From contig CP130488.1 in the NCBI GenBank assembly GCA_030522375.1, positions 1,335,929 to 1,399,928 on the forward strand: a DNA stretch of 64,000 nucleotides, written 5' to 3'. The position numbers were made by a program, and so were the translations under genes. Below the pieces are notes generated by a model that saw only the letters and a list, made by a program, of their open reading frames with translations, did not search any database and was not told where the DNA came from. Positions 1 to 9,981 of the stretch are shown here, piece after piece. Every line of letters begins with the position of its first letter. Position 1 is the stretch's first letter. This DNA is from Methanosuratincola petrocarbonis (lineage in GTDB: Archaea > Thermoproteota > Methanomethylicia > Methanomethylicales > Methanomethylicaceae).

Positions 1-524
1 GTCTCCTTCGAGAGGAAAAGCGGCGAGAATGACCTCTTTTTCTCCCCCTTCTGGGGGGCTGGCGAAGGAGCCCCCTCCAAACGGACGGCCTCCTCGAACA
101 GCTCGGTCAACATAGCCTCGCGCCGCTCTGATATCTTCTTGGCAGTCTCGTCGTCTATCATTGAGGCGAGCATCTCTTCGACTTTCCCGATGAGATCCTT
201 CTTCTCTGGGGGTAGCCTTGGCTCGATCGGGCGGTACTTCCCATAGGCGTCCCGCGTCCCCTTGAAGACGTGGACAAAGATCCTGTCCGAGGCAGGGTAG
301 ATTATGTTGAATTTCTTGAGGAGGCGCAAGTCCCTCGAGAGCGTCTTCTTGAACTGGAGCGGTATTCCTGCCAACTCAGGGTCGTTCTTAGCCTTGTGGG
401 CGTACTCGTGGAGGTGGGGGGCACCCTTGACGTACTCCGAGAACTCAACGCCCAGCTCCGCAGCAAGGTTGCAGTTGAGACCAGAGTCGGCGCGACCCTG
501 GGGAGGGGTTGCTGCGCTAGCCAT
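1..524 (-). CDS. flaI: Archaellum ATPase ArlI/FlaI (N-terminal part, runs off window)
   Basis: Manual translation from ATG at 524: MASAATPPQG...KKFNIIYPASDRIFVHVF...YRPIEPRLP. NIIYP/IFVH/IEP is typical of the FlaI N-terminus; directly downstream of flaH. Confidence 0.85.
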   Translation of the reverse strand, partial: MASAATPPQGRADSGLNCNLAAELGVEFSEYVKGAPHLHEYAHKAKNDPELAGIPLQFKKTLSRDLRLLKKFNIIYPASDRIFVHVFKGTRDAYGKYRPIEPRLPPEKKDLIGKVEEMLASMIDDETAKKISERREAMLTELFEEAVRLEGAPSPAPQKGEKKRSFSPLFLSKE

Positions 525-622
525 TGCTGCTGACCCCCTCTTTAACTTTCATATCCCTCCCCCCCACCATCCAGAATCCCCCGATTCGATTAGCCCCCGT
601 GATCTGATCGAACACCCCGCGA

Positions 623-1345
623 TCACGCCTTGACCTGGGTGAACGGCAGCACCCTGATCCCTATCCCCGGCTCGACCTTGAACGTGCAAAGGTTGTTCGT
701 AGCCTTGGCGGCGCCCCTCAGCTTGAGTATCTCGAGGGTCCTTGCAGTCTCGTTGCTGGGCAGGGTCTTCACCTTGAAGACCATGTGACCGTCGCATATC
801 GACCTTATTCTTATCAGCAGGTTATTGTCGAAGGCGAACGGGTGCAGCGTAACGAAGACGCATCTGCCCCGCTGGTCGACGTAGTTCCTGAGCTCCGACA
901 GGAAGTTGAGCAGGTCCTTCTCCGACGAGTGCGTGGCAATGTAAGTGAGAGAGTCGAATATCACAAGGTTCGCGTCGCCCTTCTTCTTGATGAAGTTGAG
1001 TATTACCGAGAGGTAGTTGGAAGCTATTGACTCGTCCCAGTTGATCCCCTTCGCGTGGAACGCGGTGATCTTGAACTTGCCTAGTATGAAGTGAGGCTTG
1101 GCCGAGAAGGAGAGGCTCTCCATCTGCGATACCAGCGACTGCACGGTCATCTCAGTGGTGACGTACCGGACGGTCAGCCCAGAGCTGAGGGCGCCCCATG
1201 CTACGTCCTGGGCGAAGACGCTCTTCCCTGTGTCGTTCTCGCCCTCGAGGAGGTTCATTGACGGCATCGGTATGCCGCCTATGAGGCGGTCAAGCTCGCC
1301 TGTACCCATCCTTATCATTGCCTGCTGTTCTGAAGGCGCCCCCAT
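623..1345 (-). CDS. flaH: Archaellum accessory ATP-binding protein ArlH/FlaH
   Basis: KaiC-like: ELDRLIGG, Walker A GENDTGKS, IFDSLT, FKVEPGIG. Start moved to ATG 1345 behind a GGTGA RBS. Confidence 0.92.
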   Translation of the reverse strand: MGAPSEQQAMIRMGTGELDRLIGGIPMPSMNLLEGENDTGKSVFAQDVAWGALSSGLTVRYVTTEMTVQSLVSQMESLSFSAKPHFILGKFKITAFHAKGINWDESIASNYLSVILNFIKKKGDANLVIFDSLTYIATHSSEKDLLNFLSELRNYVDQRGRCVFVTLHPFAFDNNLLIRIRSICDGHMVFKVKTLPSNETARTLEILKLRGAAKATNNLCTFKVEPGIGIRVLPFTQVKA

Positions 1346-1464
1346 TTCATTCACCCCCAATGCCTCTTTTATCCACGCCAAGCAAGTCCGACCGCGCCGC
1401 TGCACAACCAAGGTTCCGCAGCCCTGCTGGAAGGTACAATCCGCAGATGCCAATGCTCAAAGGA

Positions 1465-1977
1465 TCATCCCCCGAATGTCATCGAAAAAACTCCGCCTCC
1501 AGCTGTCGCGAACTTGAAGAGCCAGGGGGATCCCGCGTCGACTGGCATGGAAGGTGAGACCGACATCTCTATGGTCTCGCCAGGATCCCACATCCCGCTG
1601 GATCCACGGATTGGGCTGACCAGCTCGGGCTGCCCCCCGACCGTTACCGCCAGGATCCTCCATCCTTCTCCGTAACCAACCCGCTCGAAGACCCGATCCC
1701 CTCCGCTCGAGTAAACTATGAACGCATCCGACCGGGCGAGGTCCCTGAGGCTCATTGGGTCGGATCCTGCGAGGAGGGTCATATTGACGAGAAGCTCGGT
1801 GCCCCCGGAGGCGATCCTCCCCCCGTCTATTGAGATTGAGACCCGATCCGGTGTCGGGGCCTCGAGCTTCTGGTATAGACCCATGTAGGAGACGGTCATC
1901 GAAGCCATCGAGGACATGGCGACCACGAAGACCACCCCGACCATTGCGGCTGCAAAAGCCCCGCCGAACCCGCTCAA
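1465..1977 (-). CDS. flaF: Archaellum stator protein ArlF/FlaF
   Basis: N-terminal TM (GFGGAFAA...), C-terminal WDPGET motif, position between flaG and flaH. Confidence 0.75.
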   Translation of the reverse strand: MSGFGGAFAAAMVGVVFVVAMSSMASMTVSYMGLYQKLEAPTPDRVSISIDGGRIASGGTELLVNMTLLAGSDPMSLRDLARSDAFIVYSSGGDRVFERVGYGEGWRILAVTVGGQPELVSPIRGSSGMWDPGETIEMSVSPSMPVDAGSPWLFKFATAGGGVFSMTFGG

Positions 1978-1992
1978 GCCAGGATGCCTCCT

Positions 1993-2472
1993 CTAAAGCG
2001 AGAGCTGGTAAGTGTCGGATATGCCATTATGCGTTACCACCTTGACAAGATAATCTCCTGCAGAGATGCCGTAGTCGAGCCAGATCGATATCTGGAGCGT
2101 TTCACCTGGGTCTAGGTTGCCGTCGCTATCGTAGTCGCTGGCGATCGAGAAGGACCATCCGGAGAAGGTTCCGTTGTACGGGATGTACTTGGGGGCGCCT
2201 GCTGGCCCAGCGAAGACGTCAAACTGCCTGATCTGCCCCTCGCTGAAGTAGCTCCTGCCCGTGTTCTTAACCCAAGCCGTGATCCCCCTCTCCGAGGAGT
2301 TTATCGCGAAGACCACCCTCACGGCGGTCGACGCGGAGTCGCTAGCCATCGCGAAATAGGAGCTCTGCGCCTGGTTCAGCTGGTAGGAGCTCTGCACGAA
2401 TACCGCGGCTACAGTAGAAGCCGCTATCACGACAGCTATCGTGAGTATGCCTTCGGTCAGGACCGAGCTCAA
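1993..2472 (-). CDS. flaG: Archaellum stator protein ArlG/FlaG
   Basis: MSSVLTEGILTIAVVIAA N-terminus; WVKNTG, LDPGETL and VVTHNG motifs. Confidence 0.85.
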   Translation of the reverse strand: MSSVLTEGILTIAVVIAASTVAAVFVQSSYQLNQAQSSYFAMASDSASTAVRVVFAINSSERGITAWVKNTGRSYFSEGQIRQFDVFAGPAGAPKYIPYNGTFSGWSFSIASDYDSDGNLDPGETLQISIWLDYGISAGDYLVKVVTHNGISDTYQLSL

Positions 2473-2513
2473 ACCATTACCACCCTATAACGACTGTATT
2501 TGCAAATTTTCTA

Positions 2514-3554
2514 TCAGTCTTTTATGCCCCCCCTTCCCTTTGCAGTCACGCCATTGCCTAGGAGATTTGTCAGAACCATAAAGTCCAGGTCGCTGCCGCC
2601 GTTGCCTAGCCTCTCGAACATATAAGTTACCAGGAGGTGCTCCTCAACGGTGCACTCTCTCTCGTATGGAACGTCCACCGGATCGCTCGCGCACATTATG
2701 CTGATTGCTCTCATTAGTGATGATCTGGCGTCTTCGTTGATCCTGCCGAGCCTGTAGTTGTCGTCCACGACCCGTTCCGCACCCCTTCTGCCGAAGATCC
2801 TCACCAGCGCGGCTGCGCATGCCGTAGTGCCGACGATCGAGATTGGGCGCTTCTGCGGCTCCCTCTGATGGGGCTTTGCAGGCGGGGGGGCTACGGTTTC
2901 CGCCTGTGGGTCTTCTGGCGCACGTGTTGCGAACTGCCCTTGCGCGGCGAGCTCAGCGAGGATCTCCTGCTTCAGCGCAGCCTTCAGGGACTCGAAGGTC
3001 TGCCTGTCCTTCGCGAACTTCGACCCCATCTCTCCCTTAAGCGACTCGAAAAGCTCACCCTTCATCCTGTCGACAAGGCTGTCGAGGGCGCCGGACTCCA
3101 GAGCCTCGCCCAGCTTGCTGTCCAGCGCCTTCCTCAGCTCCTCAACGTCTATGGGGACCTTCAGTATCCCCTTCTCTTTCATCTCCCTGACCTTGCCCTC
3201 GATTATGGACCCGGCCTCCTTCTCCATAAACTCGGCTATCAGGTTGTTGACGGTTTCCTTGAGCTTGCCCTCAACAACGGTGCGGACGAGTGCCTCGAGG
3301 CGCTTCTCCATAAACTCCTTGAGCTTGTTCTCTGTGATGTTCTCTGCCATGGTAAGCATGACTTCGTCTATCCCGAGACCCTTCAGGTAGTTCATCGGGT
3401 TCTCGAGCTCGGTCAGCACCACCCTGACATCGTTCAGAACCGCACGGGTCTCTTTAGAAATTTCTGCCACAGCGCCCTCCAGCTTGTTCGTCTTCTCCTC
3501 AAGCTGGATGACTTTCATCCCTATGTCTTCGCCCTCTTCCTTCAGCAGCGACAA
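2514..3554 (-). CDS. ArlC/D/E-like archaellum accessory protein (coiled-coil, no TM)
   Basis: N-terminal coiled coil ending ELENP. C-terminal LVRIFGRRGAERVVDDNYRLGRI...TVEEHL resembles the FlaD/E domain. Lies between arlB and arlG. Confidence 0.6.
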   Translation of the reverse strand: MSLLKEEGEDIGMKVIQLEEKTNKLEGAVAEISKETRAVLNDVRVVLTELENPMNYLKGLGIDEVMLTMAENITENKLKEFMEKRLEALVRTVVEGKLKETVNNLIAEFMEKEAGSIIEGKVREMKEKGILKVPIDVEELRKALDSKLGEALESGALDSLVDRMKGELFESLKGEMGSKFAKDRQTFESLKAALKQEILAELAAQGQFATRAPEDPQAETVAPPPAKPHQREPQKRPISIVGTTACAAALVRIFGRRGAERVVDDNYRLGRINEDARSSLMRAISIMCASDPVDVPYERECTVEEHLLVTYMFERLGNGGSDLDFMVLTNLLGNGVTAKGRGGIKD

Positions 3555-3721
3555 TCAAAGACCCCCGGGGAAGTATACCTCACTGGACTGATCGACAATT
3601 CATTAGACCAAGGGTGTCTTTAAACAGAATCGCTTTAGGCGACCAGCAAACGCTCTGGGGGGTGAAAGTCGGCGCTTGGCAATAAAATTCTGGTTAAAAG
3701 AAAGGGGGAATTGCGGGGATA

Positions 3722-3755
3722 GGAAAGAAGCCAAAAAAGGGAAAAAGGGATTTTA
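3722..3755 (-). terminator. Oligo-T terminator after archaellin gene
   Basis: Minus strand CCCTTTTTCCCTTTTTTGG shortly after the arlB stop. Confidence 0.5.
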
Positions 3756-3764
3756 GGGATCCTC

Positions 3765-4430
3765 TCAGGACCCTGAGAGCATCATCACCGGGAGAATGCT
3801 CGCAGGCATCGTTCCGGTGATTGTCAGCTTCGAGCCCTGCCCCGGTATGATCTCGGTTGTGAAGTGGTCGTATACATTGAGAATTGCATCGTTACTAATG
3901 TTCGCGAGGTGGAGGTAAACCGCGAAGACCTCGCCCTGTTCCAGCAGCATGTCGCCGTCACCTTGGATCTCAATTACTACGCATTTATCAGTGACCTCAT
4001 TTAGAAGCGTAGCAAGGTCTCCATTGTATGGACTGGCCAAAAAGCCAGTCTTGTTTATGAACAGAGCTGTGGCATTACCCTCGTAGACGTCAGGGAGAGC
4101 GACTTGTGCGTTCTTGTATGAGATGGCAACCTTGCTTGGGGTGAAGTCAACGTTGGCAGTGCCCGATGGTTGCACTAACACTGCTACGCCCTTGCATTTG
4201 GCACTTGAGCCCTCTTCGTCGCTGTAAGCATAGACGGTCGTGATCTTCAGCGAGGACTGGGCTTGGCCCACCCCCGAAACTATGGCGTCCTGCGCCTTTG
4301 CGGTTGTCAGAAGACCCATGTTGAGGACCGCGAAAGCGAAGACCGAGGCTGCGATGACGAAGGCAATGACGATGATTGCGGTCTCGATGCCTGTCAAACC
4401 CTTCCGGTTCATTCTCATTCTCCTTGCCAT
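3765..4430 (-). CDS. flaB: Archaellin ArlB/FlaB
   Basis: Class III signal peptide RKG|LTGIETAIIVIAFVIAASVFAFAV; LLEQGE motif. Confidence 0.95.
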   Translation of the reverse strand: MARRMRMNRKGLTGIETAIIVIAFVIAASVFAFAVLNMGLLTTAKAQDAIVSGVGQAQSSLKITTVYAYSDEEGSSAKCKGVAVLVQPSGTANVDFTPSKVAISYKNAQVALPDVYEGNATALFINKTGFLASPYNGDLATLLNEVTDKCVVIEIQGDGDMLLEQGEVFAVYLHLANISNDAILNVYDHFTTEIIPGQGSKLTITGTMPASILPVMMLSGS

Positions 4431-5058
4431 TTTTTGCACCTTGGCAGTGCATCATTCATTGAAAATATATAACCGCAATATCAGAAGGCGATTGTCATCG
4501 CCGTCAAGACCGTATCGCAAAGTTCCTCGGCGACCGATCAACGCCAATACAGCATGATTTTTAACATTAGCTGATCGATCAACCTGACAAGAAACATCAA
4601 TTTGCTCAAGCATTACTGAAGGATTTGAGGTCTTCCAGATGAGACCATCTTGTTCATGTAGGAAATGTTGAGGCGCTTATTCTTAATTAATTCGGCGATA
4701 TGGAACCTCTTTGAGAGGAATTCGTTCAAGAACGACACATTAAGCGTGTGTAGTTCAGAACTACTTGGATCAGATCCATCAGCTTCTCCTATCATTAGGG
4801 CAGCTTCGCCTGTTGCGGTAAGCTATATGAAGATAGGTTCCACTGAATTCACAATCAGAACCTACTTCGTGTAGCCAAGAAACAGGTTCGTTTTCTTTCA
4901 ATTTAATCAATCAGATATTGAAAAGAGATTGGAAATAAAAAAGCGCTTGGAACCTCAACTGGACCGACAGAGAAAATGGACGGGATGTGTAAAAGCTGCC
5001 TAGCGAACCTTGGATAATCTTATTAATGTTACAGGGCGAATCTAATCGGGGATTATGA

Positions 5059-5337
5059 ATGAAGAGGAGGCTTTTGGACATACTTGCATGCCCGATCTGC
5101 AAGCACCACCCCCTCGATCTACACATCATCAGGGAATCGGATGAGGTGAACGAAGGGATCTTGTCATGCGAAAGCTGCAAGAGATGGTACCCAATAATCG
5201 ACGACATACCGCACATGCTCCCTGATGATATGAGAAAGCCCGAGGAGGACTTGGAGTTTCTGGAGAAATGGAAAGAAAAAATCCCGGCGGAAATTGCAGA
5301 AAGTGGTAAACCATTTAACTTGACCTTAAAAAAATAG
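5059..5337 (+). CDS. Trm112 family methyltransferase activator
   Basis: [11 protein letters not shown]...[23 protein letters not shown]. Confidence 0.9.
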   Translation: MKRRLLDILACPICKHHPLDLHIIRESDEVNEGILSCESCKRWYPIIDDIPHMLPDDMRKPEEDLEFLEKWKEKIPAEIAESGKPFNLTLKK

Positions 5338-5362
5338 CCAAGAAATAAGAAAGTATGAACGA

Positions 5363-5506
5363 TTACTTCCTCTTGTCACACTTCTGGCACTGAAGCTCTC
5401 CGTTTGGCAGCATCGTGCCTTCCTCGCCGAACGGCGGGCGGTGGCAGATATAGTAAACGCTACCAGAAGGGGTCTTGTACACTTCAAACAGCGAACATTG
5501 CGGCAT
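5363..5506 (-). CDS. Small Cys-rich hypothetical protein (47 aa, below ORF-track cutoff)
   Basis: GGAGGTG RBS 6 nt before ATG; MPQCSLFEVYKTPSGSVYYICHRPPFGEEGTMLPNGELQCQKCDKRK; TATA-like TTTATATA upstream. Confidence 0.7.
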   Translation of the reverse strand: MPQCSLFEVYKTPSGSVYYICHRPPFGEEGTMLPNGELQCQKCDKRK

Positions 5507-5632
5507 TACTTACACCTCCAGTTTAGAGCAAGGCACTAAAACATTTCCGATATATAAAAATTTCTTACCCTTTGCGGGGGATAATGCTCAAGAGTGTGCG
5601 TTGCACTAGCCATAAAACAGGGGTCTAGTCCA

Positions 5633-6418
5633 TTGAGGGTTGCGGTGCTCCAGATGGCGAGCGGCGAGGACAAGAAGTCGAATCTTGAGAAGGCGGTCCG
5701 CATGGTAAGGGAGGCTGCGGGGATGGGTGCAGAGCTCGCGGTACTCCCCGAGCTATTCAACTTCCTTCCTCAGAGGATTGAAAGGGCAAGGTGCCTTCCA
5801 AATGCGGAGGGGGAGGACGGGCAGACGCTCAGGACGCTTAAGAGACTCTCGGAGGAGGAAGGGGTCGCGATAGTTGCAGGCAGCATAATCGAGAGAGAAG
5901 GTGAGAGGCTGTACAACACTGCCTTTGTTGTGACAGAAAAGGGGGTGTTGGGCAAGTACAGGAAGAGCCACCTCTTCAACTATGGCAAGATAAACGAGGG
6001 GGAGGTCTTTACATCAGGGGATTCCCCAGCGGTCCTTGATCTTTTTGGGACAAAGATCGGGATCACCATATGCTACGACCTGAGGTTCCCAGAGCTCTTC
6101 AGGGCTGAGGCGCTGCGCGGCGCGGAGGTCATAGTCAACGTAGCGGCATTCCTCGAAGAGACGGGCAGGGCGCACTGGATGGCGCTCTTAAAGGCGAGAG
6201 CGATCGAGAACTTGGCATATATCATCGCCGCGAACCAAGCCAGTTCTGAGGAGAACAGGTTCAGGTACTACGGCCACAGCTGCATAATAGACCCTTGGGG
6301 GAAAGTAGTGAGGAGGGCAAGTTCCGGCGAGGGGATAATCATCGGGAGCGTAAAACTCGAAAGGGTCAGGATCTCAAGAGAAAAGATCCCGGTTTTCAAG
6401 GACTACAAGGAGTATTGA
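5633..6418 (+). CDS. Carbon-nitrogen hydrolase (nitrilase/Nit family)
   Basis: Catalytic E-K-C motifs LPE, YRKSHLF, ICYDLRFPE; RAIEN; YGHSCIIDPWG. Confidence 0.92.
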   Translation: MRVAVLQMASGEDKKSNLEKAVRMVREAAGMGAELAVLPELFNFLPQRIERARCLPNAEGEDGQTLRTLKRLSEEEGVAIVAGSIIEREGERLYNTAFVVTEKGVLGKYRKSHLFNYGKINEGEVFTSGDSPAVLDLFGTKIGITICYDLRFPELFRAEALRGAEVIVNVAAFLEETGRAHWMALLKARAIENLAYIIAANQASSEENRFRYYGHSCIIDPWGKVVRRASSGEGIIIGSVKLERVRISREKIPVFKDYKEY

Positions 6419-6779
6419 AGCCTTTTGATCGCGGATCCGCCAATTTCAGGTGCGGGGGCAGGGTCTTTTGGAGGAAGAAAAGATGGCTGGACTTGGCGTG
6501 TGGATAATAAGGGCAAGAGAAAAGTCGCCTATAATCGGCACAAGTTGCCCCCCATTCTCTTCATTGCGTTTTTTGGATAAAATCCGTAGAATGCTATCAA
6601 ATGCACAGCAACAGTTAATGAAAAAGTTCTGGCTAAATAATCTTAAAGATTAAAAATTGTTTAACTAATGCTAAATAAAAGCTTTTATAACATATTGCCG
6701 TACGACAGAAAGTTATTTATAAAACATCTGTTTTTTTGTAAAACAAAAATACACTATATATGTAAAAGAGGGATTTTCT

Positions 6780-8933
6780 GTGAGAAAATACAAAATGCTT
6801 GCGATATAAATTCTATTTACCATCTTTGTTTTCAGTGCATTCCCTGGCATCAAGGGCGGGAACGCCCTACTGCCCTACAAAAATTACAGCGAAGTCTTAG
6901 CCACGGGTCTCAAGGAGCCCACAACTGTGCAGGAGGTTTGGATGAAGGAGAACTTCCCAGTGATCGAAAAGATACACCTTAACTCCCTGGCTCTCGAGCG
7001 CATCAACGCAGAGCGCGAGGCTTGAGCAGGCTGTCGGTCGGATCTGGGGGTTGTGCCTCTCGGTTGGGAGGCGTCTTACGTGTACGAGGCAGTTTCAACA
7101 GACACGGAAAGCGGGCTGGTGTTGAAACCTTACAGCGTCCTCCCGTCCAGCGTTGACAACAGCCTGTTGAACGCTTTTCCTCCCATCAGGAGCCAAGGGA
7201 GCATAGGGTCGTGCGTCGCATGGGCGACGACATACTACCAGTTCACGTACGAGACTAATCTGGCGCGCGGGCGCACTGCCAGCAACGGCGACAACAGTAT
7301 GATCTTCTCTCCGAAGTGGACGTATAACATGATCAACTACGGGGTCGATGGTGGCGCATACTTCTCGGACGCGTACGCCCTCCTGTTGAAGCATGGTGCA
7401 GTCTCGTGGTCGGAGTTCCCGTATGACAGCAACTACCTCGAATGGTGTCTGAACGAGTCGGCGTGGCGCAACGCGATCAACTACCGGCCGCTCTCATGGG
7501 GGCAGATATACAATTCCAACACCACCCAGATGATTATGGATCTTAAGGCGCAGCTCGCCAACGGTCACATCCTGGTGTTCGGTACCTATGTATACTCCTG
7601 GGTCCAGTCATACGTCATTGATGACACATCGACAAGGGAGGACGACGCCTTCGTCGGGCAGAAGATAGCCACCTACATGAAGAACACCAAGCTCGGGGGG
7701 CACGCAATGACCATCGTTGGCTACAACGACAACATCTGGTGTGACCTCAATGGGAACAAGGTCGTGGATCCAGGGGAAAAGGGAGCATTTAAGATAGCCA
7801 ACTCTTGGGGTACGAGCGACTGGAACGGCGGGTTCAGGTGGGTGGCTTACGACGCGCTGTACCCGTCATCGGCGGTAAAGGCAAGCGGGACATGGCCCCC
7901 GACGGACAGATCCACAACCGGGATCTTGATGACCGGAGCGTATACTCTCACAGCCCGCACATCGTACCAGCCCGAGATGGTCGCAGAGTTCACGCTTAGC
8001 CACCTCAAGAGGGGGCAGCTCGCAATCACCTTGGGGGTGGGGGACACGACAAACACCGCACCCTCCTGGAAATGGACGCCCGAGGCTCTCTACTATTCAG
8101 GGGGCAACTACGCCTTCGACGGGACCACTTCTATATGCGATGCGACGTTCGTCTTCGATTTCACCGACCTCGTTAACTATGCCCCAACCAGCTGCCGTTG
8201 GTTCTTAGAAGTGTACGACAAGACTTCGGGCGACCCAGCAACAGTAAAGTCATACAGGCTTTACAGGGTCGATGCAACGGGCGATAGGCTGGTCGGCGCA
8301 TACTCGAACTTGCCGCAGAGCGTTGACGCCAATCGGCTTTACATCTGGGTAGACAACTCATCCGAGATAGAGAACCTTGCGCCTACGGCCCGCGCGACCG
8401 CCAACCCGATTAGCGGCTATGCGCCACTGGCTGTTATCTTCGACGGCAGCGCTTCGACAGACCCAGACGGAAAGATCCTCTCTTATTCATGGGACTTTGG
8501 TGACGGCTACACTGGGACAGGGGCAACGGTGACGCACACGTACACGGCTAAGGGGGTCTATACGGCGAGGCTCACCGTGGCAGACGACAAAGGCGCTACA
8601 GCAACGACCAGTTTGACGGTGACGGTAGATGCCCAGCCCACTATAACATTGAACCCGCCGACTAACCTGAAGGCGACCGGCGGCAGAGGGTACGCTTTGC
8701 TAAAATGGACGGACAACTCGAACAATGAGGAAGGTTTCTACATAGAACGTGCCGTTTGGTACAAGAACAAGTACACCGAGTATGTGCGCATAGCATCAGT
8801 GGGTCCCAACACTACGTCCTTCGTGGACACGACTGCGCCTTCAGGGGCTTGCAAATACAGGGTGCAGGCATTCAGTACATCGTTGGGCATAGTTTCCGCA
8901 TACTCCAATGCTGTATCGGTGCGTGTCAAGTAA
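6780..8933 (+). pseudogene. C1A (papain-like) cysteine protease with PKD and FN3 domains; signal/propeptide region interrupted by two in-frame stops
   Basis: QGSIGSC, GGHAM and IANSWG catalytic motifs plus WDFGDG PKD in ORF 7053-8933. The same frame from GTG 6780 gives a signal-like peptide and LNSLALERINAER, with TAA at 6807 and TGA at 7023. Confidence 0.7.
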
Positions 8934-9133
8934 GAGCCACCCCCGTTTCTTTTTATTTTCTTTCCCTTTCAACCAAATTATAATCAGGAAGAAACAATTT
9001 TTCTGGGAAAAGCGCGGCTGTCTAAAGATCAACTTATGCCTAACATACGGCGAATGACTGGGAAGTATTACCTCCAGTCTACAAAGGGCTTAAGATTGGC
9101 ATTGGCGGATTAAAATAAAAAAAAGAAAAATGT

Positions 9134-9277
9134 TTACTTTTGGGCGGATCTGAAGAAGGCACCACAGCTCGGGCACTTGAAGAGACCGATCGTTATTGCC
9201 TTTTTACCCTTTGGGGCGAGCTTCCAGGTCTTTGTGGGCTTTGCAACCTCGGTTCCACACTTGGGGCATTTTGCCAA
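9134..9277 (-). CDS. Cren7-family chromatin protein, zinc-ribbon variant
   Basis: [28 protein letters not shown] matches the Cren7 core (WxLAPKGxKxxxIGLFK...FR); two CxxC; TTG start after GGAGG. Confidence 0.8.
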   Translation of the reverse strand: MAKCPKCGTEVAKPTKTWKLAPKGKKAITIGLFKCPSCGAFFRSAQK

Positions 9278-9495
9278 ATAATTTTCCTCCATCGACTCCT
9301 TGCTATCCCATGGTGCATTTACCATTAAAAACAGTTATGGTGATGGTAAGGCTTTGATTGATCATCAATGGGAGCCATTAAGCCTCCCATGGAGCCATGA
9401 TACAGCAAGATGTGCAAAATGATTTTATTTGATTATTTAAATTAATATGATCTGGAAGTATAAAAATTTAAAAAAATATCTAAAATTTAATCGTC

Positions 9496-9915
9496 TCAGT
9501 CTGCTTCCAAGAGTGTCGAAAACTTGTAGTGGTGCTCTTCCTCTGCCTTCAGTATATCCTCGAATAGCTTCTTTGTCACAAAGTCCTTCTCGGCCTCGGC
9601 GACCTCGATAATCTTCTTGTAGAGTGTGATTGCGTTCTCCTCGTCCTTCTTGTCGATCTCTAGCATCTCTTTTATGTTCTTGCCATACTTGATCTCGGAT
9701 GGCTTGGTTGTCGGATTCCCGCCAAAGTAGTCTATGCGCTCCGCGATCTCCTCGTAGTGCTTCATCTCTTCGATCGCGATCTTCTCCAGGACCTCTGAGA
9801 CGGTCTCACTAAACATCCCCCGGCACATTATGTGTTGCCAAATGTACTGTATCGACACCTGCAACTCTCTGGAAGCAGCCTCATTCAGCAAATCCAAAAG
9901 TTTTTGGCTCGCCAC
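9496..9915 (-). CDS. Bacterioferritin/ferritin-like diiron protein
   Basis: RELQVSIQY, IEEMKH, E..AI.LY, EEEH ferroxidase motifs. Confidence 0.85.
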   Translation of the reverse strand: MASQKLLDLLNEAASRELQVSIQYIWQHIMCRGMFSETVSEVLEKIAIEEMKHYEEIAERIDYFGGNPTTKPSEIKYGKNIKEMLEIDKKDEENAITLYKKIIEVAEAEKDFVTKKLFEDILKAEEEHHYKFSTLLEAD

Positions 9916-9981
9916 AAAAATTCCTCCTTTTTAATATAAACTGCCCATTTAGATAAAACTTTAGGTCATTTCCTGTTTAGC

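Noticed and set aside
1465-2472. arlG and arlF are in frame, separated by a single TAG (possible pyrrolysine readthrough or recoded TAG)
   Set aside because: arlF has its own GGAGG RBS, an in-frame arrangement has a 1-in-3 chance, and TAG ends many full-length genes here (trm112, epimerase, gcvPB, DUF59, permease)
2868-3623. Long antisense ORFs (e.g. 2868-3623, 13690-14424, 34043-34795, 40271-41089)
   Set aside because: Shadows of well-supported genes on the opposite strand
4556-5040. Short ORFs on both strands, joined across TAG codons, between arlB and trm112
   Set aside because: No recognisable motif, RBS or clean start; at most a decayed remnant
6733-6749. TTTTTGT-AAA-ACAAAAA palindrome near the protease promoter
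   Set aside because: Low-complexity AT-rich sequence that plausibly arises by chance
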